Source: Lepidodermella squamata
Lineage: Eukaryota; Animalia; Gastrotricha
Assembly (NCBI GenBank): GCA_047495785.1
Contig: JBLDXI010000003.1
Span: forward strand, 1,054,001 to 1,118,000
Direction: 5' to 3'
Length of the DNA stretch: 64,000 nucleotides
Position numbers and translations under genes: made by a program. Every line of letters starts with the position of its first letter. Position 1 is the stretch's first letter. Below the pieces are notes generated by a model that ran no database searches, had not been told where the DNA came from, and was given only the letters and a program-made list of their open reading frames with translations. Positions 1 to 13,131 of the stretch are shown here, piece by piece.

Positions 1-2848
1 AACTTCCTTGGCGCGAACTTCGTCGAATACTGCCTGCAGCGTACTCACATCGCCGTCATACGCAGCTTCCAGCACTTTTTTCTTGTATCGATTGAATTCC
101 TAAAAATATAGGAAAGCTTTTAGAACTGCCCAGTCACAAATATAGTTATAATTGTCCAAGTTTAAAACTATTTCAAGAAATCTCAAGCCGGCTATGATCA
201 TCGATTCAACAGAAGATTCCCTCGGTGAATCCGCAAAAGCTACTCGGGTTATCAACACTCAACTGAGCAGCCATCAAGCTGGCTTCAACGTAACCCCGTA
301 ATCGCACTACCTGCTAGGCCGAACATACACGTTCCCGAAGATTGCCTACACTTCCTTGTTGGTTTGGGAAGAACAAGGAATGAAGAATAATAAACATTCC
401 GGTTTTAAACAAACTTGGTTTTTGGCGAGTACTTTACAAAAACGGCACCGTCTAATTTGGTAAAAGACATGGCTAACATTGTACCTCATATCTGTCTCTC
501 GTCCTGACACTGGACTGGATGCGAATGGTGATTATACATTTTGCATAGAACGCTGTCACTACAACATGTGTACTGTTTCCGCGCCAGTTTTTCAAACGCA
601 TCCAAGCAGGATCACGACTTGGCGCAATCATTACCCACGAGCACCGCCCAACTGTCAGCTTGGCTAACGCAACATTGAACAATTTCGTCTTTCCGCCGTT
701 CACTTTTGATTTCGGAGACCCCGAGTTGATCAAGGTAACTTCCTCAGACTGCATGCTTAGAATTCGGAGTGCCCTAGGGTTCCGTCTTGGGACCTATATT
801 ATTTACGATCTACGTGAATGAACTGCCTCAGACATCACTCAAGTCTACTGTTATTCAATATGCAGATGACAACACCATTTATTTCTCGGCTGAAATCGAT
901 GTTTCTGAAATCGAAAGACCTTGAAAATCGTGTAAACTATAGCTAATAGGTTCTAACTGTCTCAAAAAATCCTTGCTAATGATTGTTACACTGAAATCAA
1001 TTGGCAAGTACCAATATTACTATAAACGGGGTCTCAATTGAAAAAACACATTCGATTTGTTTGTTGGGTTTCACTCAAGACGAAAAACTGCTCTACAGGG
1101 AACTAATCGGGTCCCCCACAGAGTAGCAGGCTTCAAATAAAGCAGAGAGCAACAAATGGTGCACACTTCAGACCAAATGGCTTCAGAGCACTCTCATAAA
1201 AAAATAAAAAAGTAAAAAAAGTATTAAGCTATGATCACCATATGTTTTGGAATTAATGCTATTATTTTACTTTGAAGCCATTTTTTAATTTTGCTTTGAG
1301 GTCATGGTGCTTTGAAGCTTTTGCTTTGAAGCCTGTTACTAAATTTTCCCTACTTTGTAGGGGACCCAACTAAGCGAGAAAGCTTGCTCGAAAGGCTCGA
1401 AAAGGTATTAATGCTCTTCAATTAGCGGCAAAAATGGCTTGATAGGGACTGCCTGAAATCAATGGCAAATGGCTTGGTTTTTTTGCTTTGATATTATCCT
1501 AAATGAAACCTTTCCGACTTCTCTACAAAAACTAACAAATTACTGTCAAGCTACTAGAAACGTAGGTATACTTCGGAAATATTAATTCTGAGAAAAATAA
1601 CGGAAAAAATCAGAGTTTTGGTCTGGTCTTTCTAAAGTATACCAAACCTATACCAATACCAATACCAATACCGGTCCGAGACCGGTTTGGCCGTAATAAA
1701 GGTGATGGTATGGTCTACGGTATAGCTTAAGGCGGTCTGGTATGGTCTTCCGATGTCGGTATTTGCAAAAAATTCGAAAAGCGCTTCAGCAAGCGATATA
1801 ATCCACCTGGCACAACGTGGCGTCTTTGCACTACACGCTACTAGTCAGGTTAAAACGCACATATGTATATTCGCAACAACTTGTACATTATTCCAAAGAT
1901 AAAAAGTATTCTGATCATACCGCGCTGTACCAAATAATTGCGCGCGCGTTGAAACATCAACTTTTTAACGCTGAGGAATTTTGAAAAACAAATTAGATAT
2001 TCTGAATCAGCGCAAAAAGTTGGTCTAGTGTGCTTGATTGCGCATGCTTATATTCCAAATTAGGAAAGATATAGAGGAAAGAAAAATGCTACTTTTGTGA
2101 GCGCAGGCGCGCGTGCACGTCGAAATCAACGCTCACCCGCAAGTGCGCGCGACATCCTTTCAGTACAAGGTGCGCAGTTGTGAGCGGCAAGGCCGCGCGC
2201 GGTCAGTCACAAGCACACACTCACACACACGCACACACACACACGCGCGCGCCGCGCTCCGTTCATATTTGCCTCTCAATTTCTTGCTCATTTTGAAAGA
2301 TAATTGTGCGCAAATTTGCAACTTTTTGCGCTGATTCAGAATATCTAATTTGTTTTTCAAAATTCCTCAGCGTTAAAAAGTTGATGTTTCAACGCGCGCG
2401 CAATTATTTGGTATAGGTTTTTGGTATTGGTATTGGTATTGGTATTGGTATTTGCCCTTCGAAACGTAACGACAGCGGTAGTTGGTATAGCACACATTTT
2501 TATCTGGTATGGTAGTGTTTGGTCTTCACTTTCAAATTTGAAAAGACCAAAACTCTGGAAAAAATGATGGCGAATGAATGCACTAACCAATTTCTTGCGC
2601 CGCTCTTCTTCGAGTCGCCTATTCTTCTTATCCTCGATAACACGTTGCCGCCTCACCATTTCGGCATAGGCTTGCTTCAGCTGCAAACACAAGGCGAATT
2701 TTACGGCTTCAATTCTTAATAAATAGAAACATACCGCTAAATCCAGCATCTTCTCCTGCTTTCTCTTCTTCGCCTTCCTCTTGGCTAAAAATCTTCTCAA
2801 ATGCTGCTGAATCAGCAATATCGACTCGTTGCTACTAATCGCCGACAT
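1..2848 (-). CDS. IQANK1: IQ motif and ankyrin repeat domain protein 1, 5' part (exons 2848-2735, 2680-2588, 99-<1); continues out of window
   Basis: GT-AG splicing gives MSAISSNESILLIQQHLRRFLAKRK...LKQAYAEMVRRQR...RRKKL|EFNRYKKKVLEAAYDGDVSTLQAVFDEV. IQ motif, charged helix and LEAAxxGD match the remembered IQANK1 layout. Confidence 0.75.
180..1560 (+). mobile_element. Degenerate non-LTR retrotransposon (CR1/L2-like LINE) reverse transcriptase relic in IQANK1 intron 2; boundaries approximate
   Basis: 766-876 reads GVP*GSVLGPILFTIYVNELPQTSLKSTVIQYADDNT (GVPQGS and YADD motifs, stop at 775-777). Downstream LLGFTQDEKL resembles the LGVxxDxKL motif. Confidence 0.85.
1109..1367. mobile_element. 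259-bp MITE with GG termini and 8-bp TSD (Merlin- or hAT-like) inserted in the LINE relic
   Basis: Left end GGGTCCCCCACAGAGTAG vs reverse complement of right end GGGTCCCCTACAAAGTAG. Flanks AACTAATC (1101-1108) and AACTAAGC (1368-1375). Confidence 0.8.
1611..2557. mobile_element. hAT-type non-autonomous element with (TACCAA)n subterminal repeats
   Basis: Perfect 14-bp TIR CAGAGTTTTGGTCT (1611-1624 / 2544-2557). Perfect 8-bp TSD GAAAAAAT (1603-1610 / 2558-2565). Confidence 0.85.
1930..2411. mobile_element. 482-bp MITE with 93-bp TIRs and TA flanks (Tc1/mariner-like), nested in the hAT element
   Basis: 1930-2022 is the reverse complement of 2319-2411. TA at 1928-1929 and 2412-2413. Internal (CA)n tract. 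Confidence 0.85.
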
Positions 2849-3825
2849 TTTCTCTTCGAAAATTAATACAGCTATGAATAAATTATAATATAATAATAAT
2901 TAATTTGGCTCGATGTTATTTTTTTATTCTCAAAAAACACGCGCCTCTTCAAACAGTATTCAATAATTTCGAACGATATCACGCAATTTTTCAAGTTTCT
3001 CCGTATATGAGCTCTTGTGTTAACTTTTCTTATACACATACAGTAGACACATTCAATGAAGTGTTCGATTCGATGTAATAATTATTATTATTATAGTCGA
3101 GTTGGATTTTTCTCTACAAAAATTCTCGCAACTCACAGCCATTTTTTTTTGAAACAAACAAAAAACACAACTCGGACAAATTTCATTCCATCACGACGCA
3201 ATTACTGTATATAGGCACATGGGAGGAAGACGAGAAAAATAAAGCAGTGCATGTATTTTTTGGTCACCGGAAGTCGTCATTTTTGAAGGCATATTTTTGT
3301 TGATGTAGAAAAACGGGAGTATGCATAAGTGTCGATTTTTTTAATTCAATTGCATTTTTTCAACTTCGAAGCAAATATTAAGCGAAAGATTTTCATATAT
3401 TGAAAGTGCGTCTTTTTACTCTCGACAAAAAAGACCGGAGACGTGAATATATGGATGGCTTGTTTGATCAATGAAGAAGCAGTTATGATTAATTGTGCGG
3501 CTAGACATATTATTTTCTATATACAAAGATATTAAAGTGGTCACGCTATACAGAGAGCACAAAAAATAGCGATGATTTTTTTCAGCAAAAAAGTGCCTGT
3601 TTTCATTTTTATTGTCGCGTGTGCGTGTGACGAAAAAAAGACTATAATAATGATAATAAATTTATTTATACCAAGGTAGCAGTCGAGAAATACAAGTCGA
3701 TGGTGAATTCGTTGCATTGCGCCAAAGCGTCGACTTTAAAGGTGCTAATTATCATTGGATTTTTGTTGTTGTTGTTGCTGCTACTGAACGGCGCAGCGGC
3801 TACGACAGCTAACTTTACTATTGCT

Positions 3826-5809
3826 TCAGTGATGATGGGCCGCGCCTTCTGAAGTCGGCGACGCCGGTGGCGCGTTGAGCAACCGCGTGTGATATTCGAT
3901 GTGGTCGCCGATGAACGTCGACACGAAGAAGTAACCGTGATCGTAGCCCTCCTAAATTTAGAAAATATTCAAATTCAAGCAAAAAAGAAAGATTAAATAA
4001 TGTAATCGAAAATTTAAATCCTTGTGAGCTTGAATTTTCAAAGATGATGAGCAGATTGAGAGATGAAACACGAAATAGTGATTTTTTTTTAATTTTCAAA
4101 TTCAATTTCATTTTTTCAAATATTCCGAAAAACGCAACTTCAATCCCGATAAAACCATGTCAAATTATTCCTGACGCGCCAGATGATTCACCATTATAAA
4201 AATTTGAGTGTCTCCAAAAAATAAATTTAGGTCCTAATTTTCCAATTTTTTCTAAACGGGTCTGATTCACTAAAATAGCCCCACTGAAAATTATATATAA
4301 CATCAAAATATAATTCCGCAAGATCCAATTCTAACGAAAGCGTGGGGCCAAATTTGAAGAAAAATTGAATTAAAACAATAATTTTATGGGGATTTGCGAG
4401 TTTTCCACGAAAGTCAGGTAAACTTCGCTGAGAAAGCGCGCAATATCTCATTCCTTTTCACTTTTCAATCACTTTAAAAAAATGGCTAGATGTAAGTTTT
4501 TCTTCCATAAAATAACGCCGCAAAAAATTGATGTCAAATTTTTTGTTACGCAAAAAATCCACGAAAAAAATATAGAAAAAAATGAGCGAATCCTAGAAAA
4601 CCCCACTAACCCTGAGGCAAAAAATTGGATAAAAAATCGAGTAGCCGTGTCTAGGAGGCATCAATATGCAGAATGAACATAAAAAAAAACCAGAGGAAAA
4701 AAACCTCGTCTAATTTCAACAAATTTTTAAACCCAGCATTTTTCCACCTGAGAAGTCTTAGTTTTTAAAGATGGTGGAAATCTTCTTGATTAAATGACAG
4801 GAAAAAAGCCCATATTTTTTGAAGCTGCCAAATGAAAAAGGGAAGTAGCAAAATGTTGAGCAAGCGCGCTGTTTCGTTTAAAAAATGCATAATAATAAAA
4901 CTCTAAATCGGCCAATATATTCTACTTTGCTAATGTCGGTCTCTATTTTCAATTGGATTCGATAGTAGGTATTATAGGAACACTCACCTGAAGACGAAGT
5001 GAAACGTCAAGAGTACCAGTGGAGCCGCACGCCGATACAAAATTGAACGGCTTCAGCTCATCATGCAAAAACTGATCCGCATCGCCCTGGTCGATCAAAA
5101 TCGACATCGGCCCGCCGTTGTACTTGCGCACCAACTGACACGCGTCCCAGTCCTTCCAAACCTCCGTATCCTCCGTGCCAAAATACCCGGTAAACGCACG
5201 CTTGCCCCACCCGCCCTCGGACGGGTTTGAAATGGGCGCAAACGCCGACACGCTTCGGTACATGCCCGGGTTTTTCAACGAGCAAATCAGCGCACCATGG
5301 CCGCCCATACTGTGGCCGGAAATCGACTGGCGGCTCGGGCCCTGGGTTGGGAAATTCGCGTGAATCAACTCGGGCAGCTCCTTCGTGATGTAGCTGTACA
5401 TGCGCCAGTTTTTCGACCACGGTTCCGCCGTCGCATCGACGTAGAACCCGGCGCCAACGCCGAAGTCCCACCGCTCCGACTCGCCGGGCACGTTGCAGCC
5501 GCGCGGGCTCGTATCCGGCGCGACCACGATCAAGCCATGCCGGGCCGCGTATCGCTGGAAGCCGGATTTTATGATAAAATTCTGCTCGGTGCATGTTAGA
5601 CCCGACAGCCAGAAGAGCACTGGGAATCGTTGCCCCTTCGCCTGGGCGCTGTGCGAGGGCGACTCGACAGCGGCGGGCGGCAGGTAGATGGCAAAGTTCA
5701 TTTTGCACTGCGTCGATGTCGATTCATGGCTGTAGACCTTCTGCAAGCCGGAGAAGCATTTCGCCGACGAAACTTCCGTCAAACCACCGCCTGTAGTCGG
5801 AGAGGCCAT
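3826..5809 (-). CDS. ESD: S-formylglutathione hydrolase / esterase D (exons 5809-4988, 3951-3826)
   Basis: [29 protein letters not shown], nucleophile motif GHSMGG. The last exon [21 protein letters not shown] supplies the catalytic His. Phase-0 GT-AG intron. Confidence 0.95.
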
Positions 5810-6837
5810 ATACAGATAATATAAATCTAAAAATAAATATTCAAAAATAATTAACAAATTGCGCAAATGAAATTTTCATGTTTTCCTTCCTCAATACAAT
5901 AGTAGTTTCTCTCAAATAAAGACAAGTATTTTAAAGTAAACCCAGCAGGTGTCACCAAATCACGTGCTTCGAGCGCACGCGATTTCATTTCGCACACCCT
6001 GCTCAAGATTAAACGCAACTACATAGAAAAATGGGGCATTGACCCACTTTAACCCCATCATATGGCACTAACGACTAAGCAAAAGGTGAGCAGAAAGCAA
6101 GGCAACTGGAAATTTGTGAAAAATTCCTCAGAGATTCGCACCAAAACCATTGATATTAGATTCGTTGGGTTTTTTTGTTAAGTTTGAGTTTCGATAATTT
6201 TGCGTATCATACGGCACAACAATGTAAATATTTAGCGAAAAAGCTGTAAATAGTAAATAAAATCACAACTTTGAAGAGAATTTCGATATTACTGTGTGCA
6301 CATCAAAAGCATGAAGCCACATCAAATAACATTTGTTCAGGTCCATTGTTATGATATTTCTTGTTATCAGATCACATGATAATATATAGTTATATAAATT
6401 TTGCAAAATGGAATTATGATAATTATTACAATTATATGAGCGATTTATATATACGAAAAAGCGATCTCTTATATTATAAATTCATTGTATAGGTAGAATA
6501 TTTTTGTTTCACGGGTTCCGCACAACCAACAATTCGTTATATATTATATCAATTACAATATTTTACAATATAGGAATTTCTTTGTGGAATATTTCTTTTC
6601 AACAACATCACTGAAAAAAGCGCACAACTGACAAAAACATAGAACGGAAATTTGAGGAGAAAAAACTAAATATATATCTGGGGACATATTTTTTTATAAT
6701 ATACGTGGAAAGTGATGCTATGCATTGATTTGGACGCCAAGAACCAGCAGTTCGTGAACGGGATTCGGAAAAAAAACGAAGCATCAACAAAAATCTCATC
6801 GTGAATAGAACGCGTAGGTTACAAAGTGGAGCAGGCT

Positions 6838-9800
6838 TCAGCGACTAAGCCGGTTCGAGAGGTTCAGGTTGAAGAAAGGCGATATTCTACTGACTAGTAC
6901 GTAATCAGCCGAGGGCGTCGAAAATCTAAAATTACAAGAGAAATATTTATGAAAATTTCAGAATTACATCAGGTAATTTTTTCCAATTTTAAATTTTTTT
7001 AATTTAAAAAATTCCGCAAAAAATCAAAAAGAAAAATAAATTTTAAATAATTGGTAGAATTTTATTCGATTTTTTTTCATAAAAATTTAATGAATTCAAA
7101 TACAAATTAAAAATTGATTTTTCTGAATTTTTTGCTGAAAATAAGGAGAAATTGAAAAAAATTTAAATAAAAAAAACTATACCTGAAAGTTTTCTTGTAC
7201 AACCCAATAGGCTTCTGGCCATTTTTCAAAAATTCCGGCAACGAACTGTACGTCAGCGCGTGTAGGCCAAAACACTCGGCAATTTGATGCAATTCCGTCC
7301 AATCTGTTTCATTCTTTTGCCTGAATAATACCACATATCTCGGCCTCAAATCAGGCACGGAACCAGTCGCAGCGGTTTCCGGCCGCTTTTTCGCCACCGT
7401 TTTCGCCATCGAACACTTATCTTCATCCTCCAGCTCGATTTGCAGGACAATAGAATCGTTCAAAATCGCAGATAGCCGATTATCGTAACTTGCATAATTC
7501 AAATGGCCGTACACAGCATCTCGAGATTTTTTGCCCATGAAAGGTTCGCTGAGCCTCATGTAGGTCTTCCTAGGATGGTGGAATAGAGTTTCAATCAGCT
7601 TGGCCTCATCTCTATCGCCCTTGGCTACGGCGAGATTGGGCGGGATTTTGAACACTCGACTCATTTCTGGCACAATGAATGGCGTTAGATTTGACAATTT
7701 CCAAGGTGAAAATCGGCTCGATTTGAAGCGGCAACATTTGTCGTAACTTGGCTGGATAACATCCGTGAAGTAGGACCGTCGCATGAGGAAAGCCGGAGAG
7801 GGTAGGGCTGTATCGCTGAGGTAGGTCGCATTTTCGTTGTTTGAGAAATACTCGTAACCTAAAAATCGAGACTCGAAATTAGATCAACGAAAAATGAACT
7901 ATGCAATGAGAACATTTTTTCCACGGCTATTTTTGGCTCGGACGTGTGGGGGCAAAGAACGCGTGTGATAAAGCGATATTTTTTTACGCCCACTTTAAAA
8001 AAATTGATAAGCGCGAATTGTTCATTGATGAAACGCATGGAAAAAATCTAAAATAGTAACGTTATCTTATCAGCAGTCGATGTGAACTCTACCACATAAA
8101 AAAACCATTCAGGCAAAAAATGATTCAGATCATTTTCTTTTTATGTAAAGGTTAAGGTAAAATAGAAGAAACAAGGAAGAAATTCGATTTAATGTAAAAC
8201 TTGCAATGGAATTTCAAAATGATTAAAATATAAATTGATGCAAATTTTTTCATCGAGTGGTTTGCTTTACTGAGTTTCGACACCGCTGTGGGCTGGAAAT
8301 AAGTAAAGTTTGCCTTGAAATTGTGGCTATCTTTATTAAGTTACTATAATTTTGAATCCAATGAGTGGCTATCTTTATTAAGTTACTATAATTTTGAATC
8401 CAATGACCTCATTTTAATATAATTTTCTAATTATCGTATTTTCGAAATTTGAGCCCTTGAGGCCCTCATTTGTTACCATTCGGAAACGCTATGCGAGCTA
8501 ATGATGGAGATATATAATACCCGGGCGATGCCAATTGCGATCTCAAATCGCCTCAATTTCTAGCGGACAGGCAAAGTGCGCCATAAAAAATATAACAAAA
8601 AATTGACACACGAGGCTCTAAATTCGGACAAGGTCCTTTGTCCGAAATCAGAGCAATTTCCGGGATATAAGTCCCCACTCTAAATTGGGAATAATAAAGG
8701 ACAAAAATAAAATAAAATTTTCAATATTTTCAGGAACTATATTCGAAAATCAAGTTCAACTGCTTACCATTCGGATTCCAAGCCGAAATACCGCCATAAG
8801 ACGACGCGTCTTGTTTGAAAATCGCATAGACATTGGCTAAAAACGCGAAAAAGTCCGGGCTCAACTGCACATCGGGTTCGATGAATAGAAACGCGTCGGT
8901 TTTGCGCCGAGCCGCTATGCTAGACGCATTTTCCAACGCTGCATAATACAAATCTTCGTAATTTTCCGCAGCAACTTCCGTCAGGCGAAATTGATACGTT
9001 TCCTGAACTAGCGCCCGCAATTCATCGGTGGCAATAACACTAGGCGCTACGATAGTGACCAATCGCCGCCGAATCCCGGGTTGATTGACCAGTGTAGCCA
9101 TTGTTAAATGCAGGGCATTGTAATCCAACCCGCTCATAATGACAATAGGAACGCGGTCGATATCGGTTTCTTCGATCACGTGCCACTGGTCGACGAAAAG
9201 GGGCGAGGAAACGTCAGGGGTCATGTGCCGTACGGCGTTTGCGTGGAAGCACAGCTCGGGATAGCCGGCGTGCTGGCCGCATAGCTTATTGCGCCGATCT
9301 TCGGCATCTGTCGCAACTTCGGCGTTCATCAACGGGTGCGACTGGTTGGCATTCAACGGCTCACCAGGCCGGCGTAGACCAAGAACTGGAAAAAACAGAG
9401 ATGCACAGTTACAAATCAGTTCGGCGAAAATTTGAAGACAATATTCCAGAGGAAAAATTATTTTAGTCGACATTTAAAGATAAAAAATTAAGAAATTATC
9501 TAATTCTCGCATATTTGCCCAGATTTCCCAAGAAAGGCATTTCAACTGAAAATAATACAAATAATAAACGAAAATTAAAGGCTATCGAGTAACTCAATGG
9601 ATTAGAGTTTGTTAATAAGGTAAAGTATAGTGCATGCTATATAAAATTAAACGATTATTACATGAACTAATTATCGATATATCAACCAAAAATGAACATA
9701 ATAAATAGCCAACTTCAACTAGATTTACGTTATTCTAAAGGTAGACGATACAAGGTAATTTTTTTCTCACATCATCAAAATTGCTGGTAATAGGATCTGA

Positions 9801-12659
9801 ATAAAACCAACCGAAATATGTTCAAAATTGCAAGCAAATCGTTAACGGAATAATGCAAGGGAAATTATTATGCATAATATTATAGCGAAATAAAAATAGA
9901 ATAATTCAAAATTCGTTTATCGGGTGTTCAAAAATATTTAAATAAAATAAAAAAAATATACCAGAATTAATTTGTAAATCTCAAAAAGTACTTGAAACTT
10001 AATTACAGCCCAACTCAAAGCCCCGGATGATAAAAAAACATCGCCAATGAATTTTAGTAAAATTTAGTTTAAAAATATTCAAATTTGCAAAATCAGAAAA
10101 TTGCCCGATTTTCTGTTAAACAAATTTTTTGCACTCTTTTTAGGTTATTTTTTACCTTGTACTGGAATACAGGCGCGATAGCTGACGGCCGGTGCAAAGT
10201 CTTTCTGATTCGGCGAATGCGAAATCTCCTGAAACGCATCATTCGCACCCCGCTGGCCGACAAACCACGCAACAGACCGATATTTCACCTCCTTGATCAC
10301 ATTAATACCGAATTTCGCAAAAAAGTACGCCAATTGCCGTACAGACGCATCGTCATGAATCACGCCAAGCAGCAAATTGCCGTCGGCAATTTGATCGAGA
10401 AAAATTATCAACCGCGTCGGCTCTTCCGTATACCCGTCAAACGCGTCTCTCGTCACAATTTCCTGGTTAACTGGGTCGTATTCGGCCAAATTATAGCCTC
10501 GTTTGCCGATTTTCATAATAGGATGGAAGACTAAATGCGAATTGACGCACATTTGCGGGTCGTTTTTATTGCCATGCCCTGATGATATGAAAATCGGTAT
10601 CGTACTAGGCCCAGGGCAAGAATTATCGATATTGCAATGCGACATTGACCCGATTCTCACATTCGACCCCATCGCGCGTAATTGATCGGCAGGGGGTAGA
10701 TTTTGGAGGGTCGCGATCGGAAATCGGGCGCAAATCGAAAGCGAAACGGGTTGAGCAAAGTCTTCATCGATGCGTTTATGCCGCATAGCCTCAAACGCGC
10801 CGCCCTTATCAATACCCTTCTGGCCAACCATGACAAAAGTGTCGCGAAATTTGATATTTTGAACGTATTGACTGCCGAAATAGCCGAGAATTGTCCGCGA
10901 ATTCTCCTGCAGCATGGTTGACGATTCGTCAAAAGTCGCGGCTAATATCACATCGCCATTTGCGACTTGGTCGCCCAGCAGAAAATCGATGAGATCTTCA
11001 TCCCGCGAGTAAGTGTCAAACACCTTTTTCGCCTTAATTTTCGGCGGCGACCCGCCGATGATAACCACGTGCAGGCCTCGCATAGATTCCGGGCATTTTT
11101 TCGAGTAATCATGCTCGACTACATTGACGGATGCCCAGCATATAATAGGGCACGACTGCATTTTGAACCCGGATTGCAGGTATAACGGGTACTGGCCGCT
11201 TTGGCAGTCCTGTTCAGGGCACCGGCCGTCTTGGATGTAGCTAGGATGTTCGCTGTCTTCAACTTTCAACTTGTTCTTCGTTTGCTTCGATGAATCATCC
11301 GCACCGGCTGCTGTCACGCGTTGAGCCGCTTCTTTCAACTTCTCCTGCAGCTTTTCAATGTCCTTTTCGCCCGTGTTTTTAGGAGTTTCTGAAATTTGAA
11401 AAAAATCTTGATTAAATTCATGGTTGAAGGAATAATTTCTCAAAATAAAAGCATCCAATCACCAAATAAAACCAAATAATAAAAAGACGATAGTAAGGAG
11501 TATCAATTTCATGATGACTATCCAGCCTAAAAAATTCACCAATGCCCAAATTTTCGACACATTCTGAGCAAAAACAGGCAAAATTAGATTTTTGAGTAAT
11601 TTTAACAGAATCAGTTTAAATTTTTCCAATAATTACGATAAATCTCGATAAAACGCCGAATGAAGCGCGAATTTAGTTCCTTTAAAAATGAGTTTTAAAG
11701 CAGTTCCGAATCTTTAAACCATTTTTCTTTAAAATTATCTTTCACCAAAAATTGATACTCCTTTTTCATTTTTAAATTAAGAATGTTAGATAAAAGTGAA
11801 ATAAACTAATAAATTAAGGTGCCCATTATTATCCATTATTAAAATTAAAATTGTTAGTAGCTGTGTGATAAAAAATTAGCATAATATTCAAAATGACGCA
11901 TTCGCGAACTGAAATGAACTGAATGTGTGGCGTGCAGTGCGGGAGTTAAAATTATGATGCGGGTCAATCGAAAAACAAACGACCACAGCTTCTTTGTTTT
12001 ACGAACCAGTTTTAACAGCGGCTTTATCATCTTCACCGCCCTCAGCCATAGTTATCGTCGAATTTTCCTCTTCTACATCAGGCGGCGGGGTAGTTTTGAC
12101 TTTTGTCGGTTCAACATCGGCCACTCGATTTCTCGAAGATCGAAGCCGAGCAACAGGTAGGCTTTTATTTGGGATCGGCTCTCGCCGGTCGGTGAGTTCC
12201 GACTCGCCAACAGCCTGGCGAATTCCCGCTATCCGAGCCTCAAGATTCACCTGTTGCGTCGGCACGGCAACTCCAATACTTTTCAGCTCGTTTTCAAGAC
12301 TGCGAACTGTCTCCTTGAGCGCGTCTGAATTGGTCAAATTTCCGAGAAAAATGTATTATACGATTAATATTTTAGCACATCACGACATAGTTAGAATTAT
12401 ACTATCGATTATATTTGAGGTGGAAAATTTAGGAAAAATTACCGATTTTATGCGCGCTTTCCACATCAGGAGCTCGTCCAACGAAATAGAAATTGACCAA
12501 ATAGAACAGACTGGAAATTCCGATTAGGAAGTAGAAAGCAGTCCATATGCCTATTAAAAAATAGCAAAAAACGTCTTTGAATTGTTGTGAATTTTTGAAA
12601 AATTCAAACTTACAAGAAAGCACTTTTCGTAATGGTAGAAAGCGCGCAACTCCCAACAT
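6838..12659 (-). CDS. POMGNT1-like GT13 glycosyltransferase, type II membrane protein with two ILEI/PANDER-like domains (about 7 exons)
   Basis: N-terminal TM segment (FCYFLIGIWTAFYFLIGISSLFYLV). ILEI motifs (FDTY...ATFDE...IKFRDTFVMVGQKG; YRSVAWFVGQRG). GT13 motifs FIEPDVQLSPDFF and ISAWNPNGY, IVPEMSRVF. Last exon ends RLSR* at 6838. Confidence 0.8.
8323..8406. repeat. Exact 42-bp tandem duplication (intronic)
   Basis: GTGGCTATCTTTATTAAGTTACTATAATTTTGAATCCAATGA occurs at 8323-8364 and 8365-8406. Confidence 0.9.
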
Positions 12660-13131
12660 TTCGGCATGCCCCGAGAAGCGAAATGCTCCAAATTATCTTG
12701 CCATCAATCACTCGATATAAATCATTCCCTAAAAAATAAAATTAAAAAATTAAAATTTTCATCATCACACGTTTGTTTTCTTTCTTTCCTTCGTAGAATT
12801 CACATAGGGGTAGTAAGTAGTATATCATCATCTCGCTACGCAATTTGATTTCAGTCACAAGAGTCGGGCTAGACATAACATAACATCGAGGCTCTAAAAA
12901 GTATTTTAGCAGCTGAAATGATCATCATTTGTGTCACCTATATATCAAGTGTTCATAACAACTTTTCAAGCCACAGGGATTCAGGCAGTATAATTCAACG
13001 TTATATAGAGAGTTTTCCGCTACAAGACAATTCGTGCGACTCATCATGTTTATATTCATCCGGTTTCTTTTTTCAGCTGATTTTTTCTTTGTATATATAG
13101 GAGAGGAGTGTTTTTGGTGATTGGTGGATTT

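Noticed and set aside
5061-5824. Several long overlapping ORFs in other frames and strands over ESD
   Set aside because: Shadow ORFs of a GC-rich exon; no motifs.
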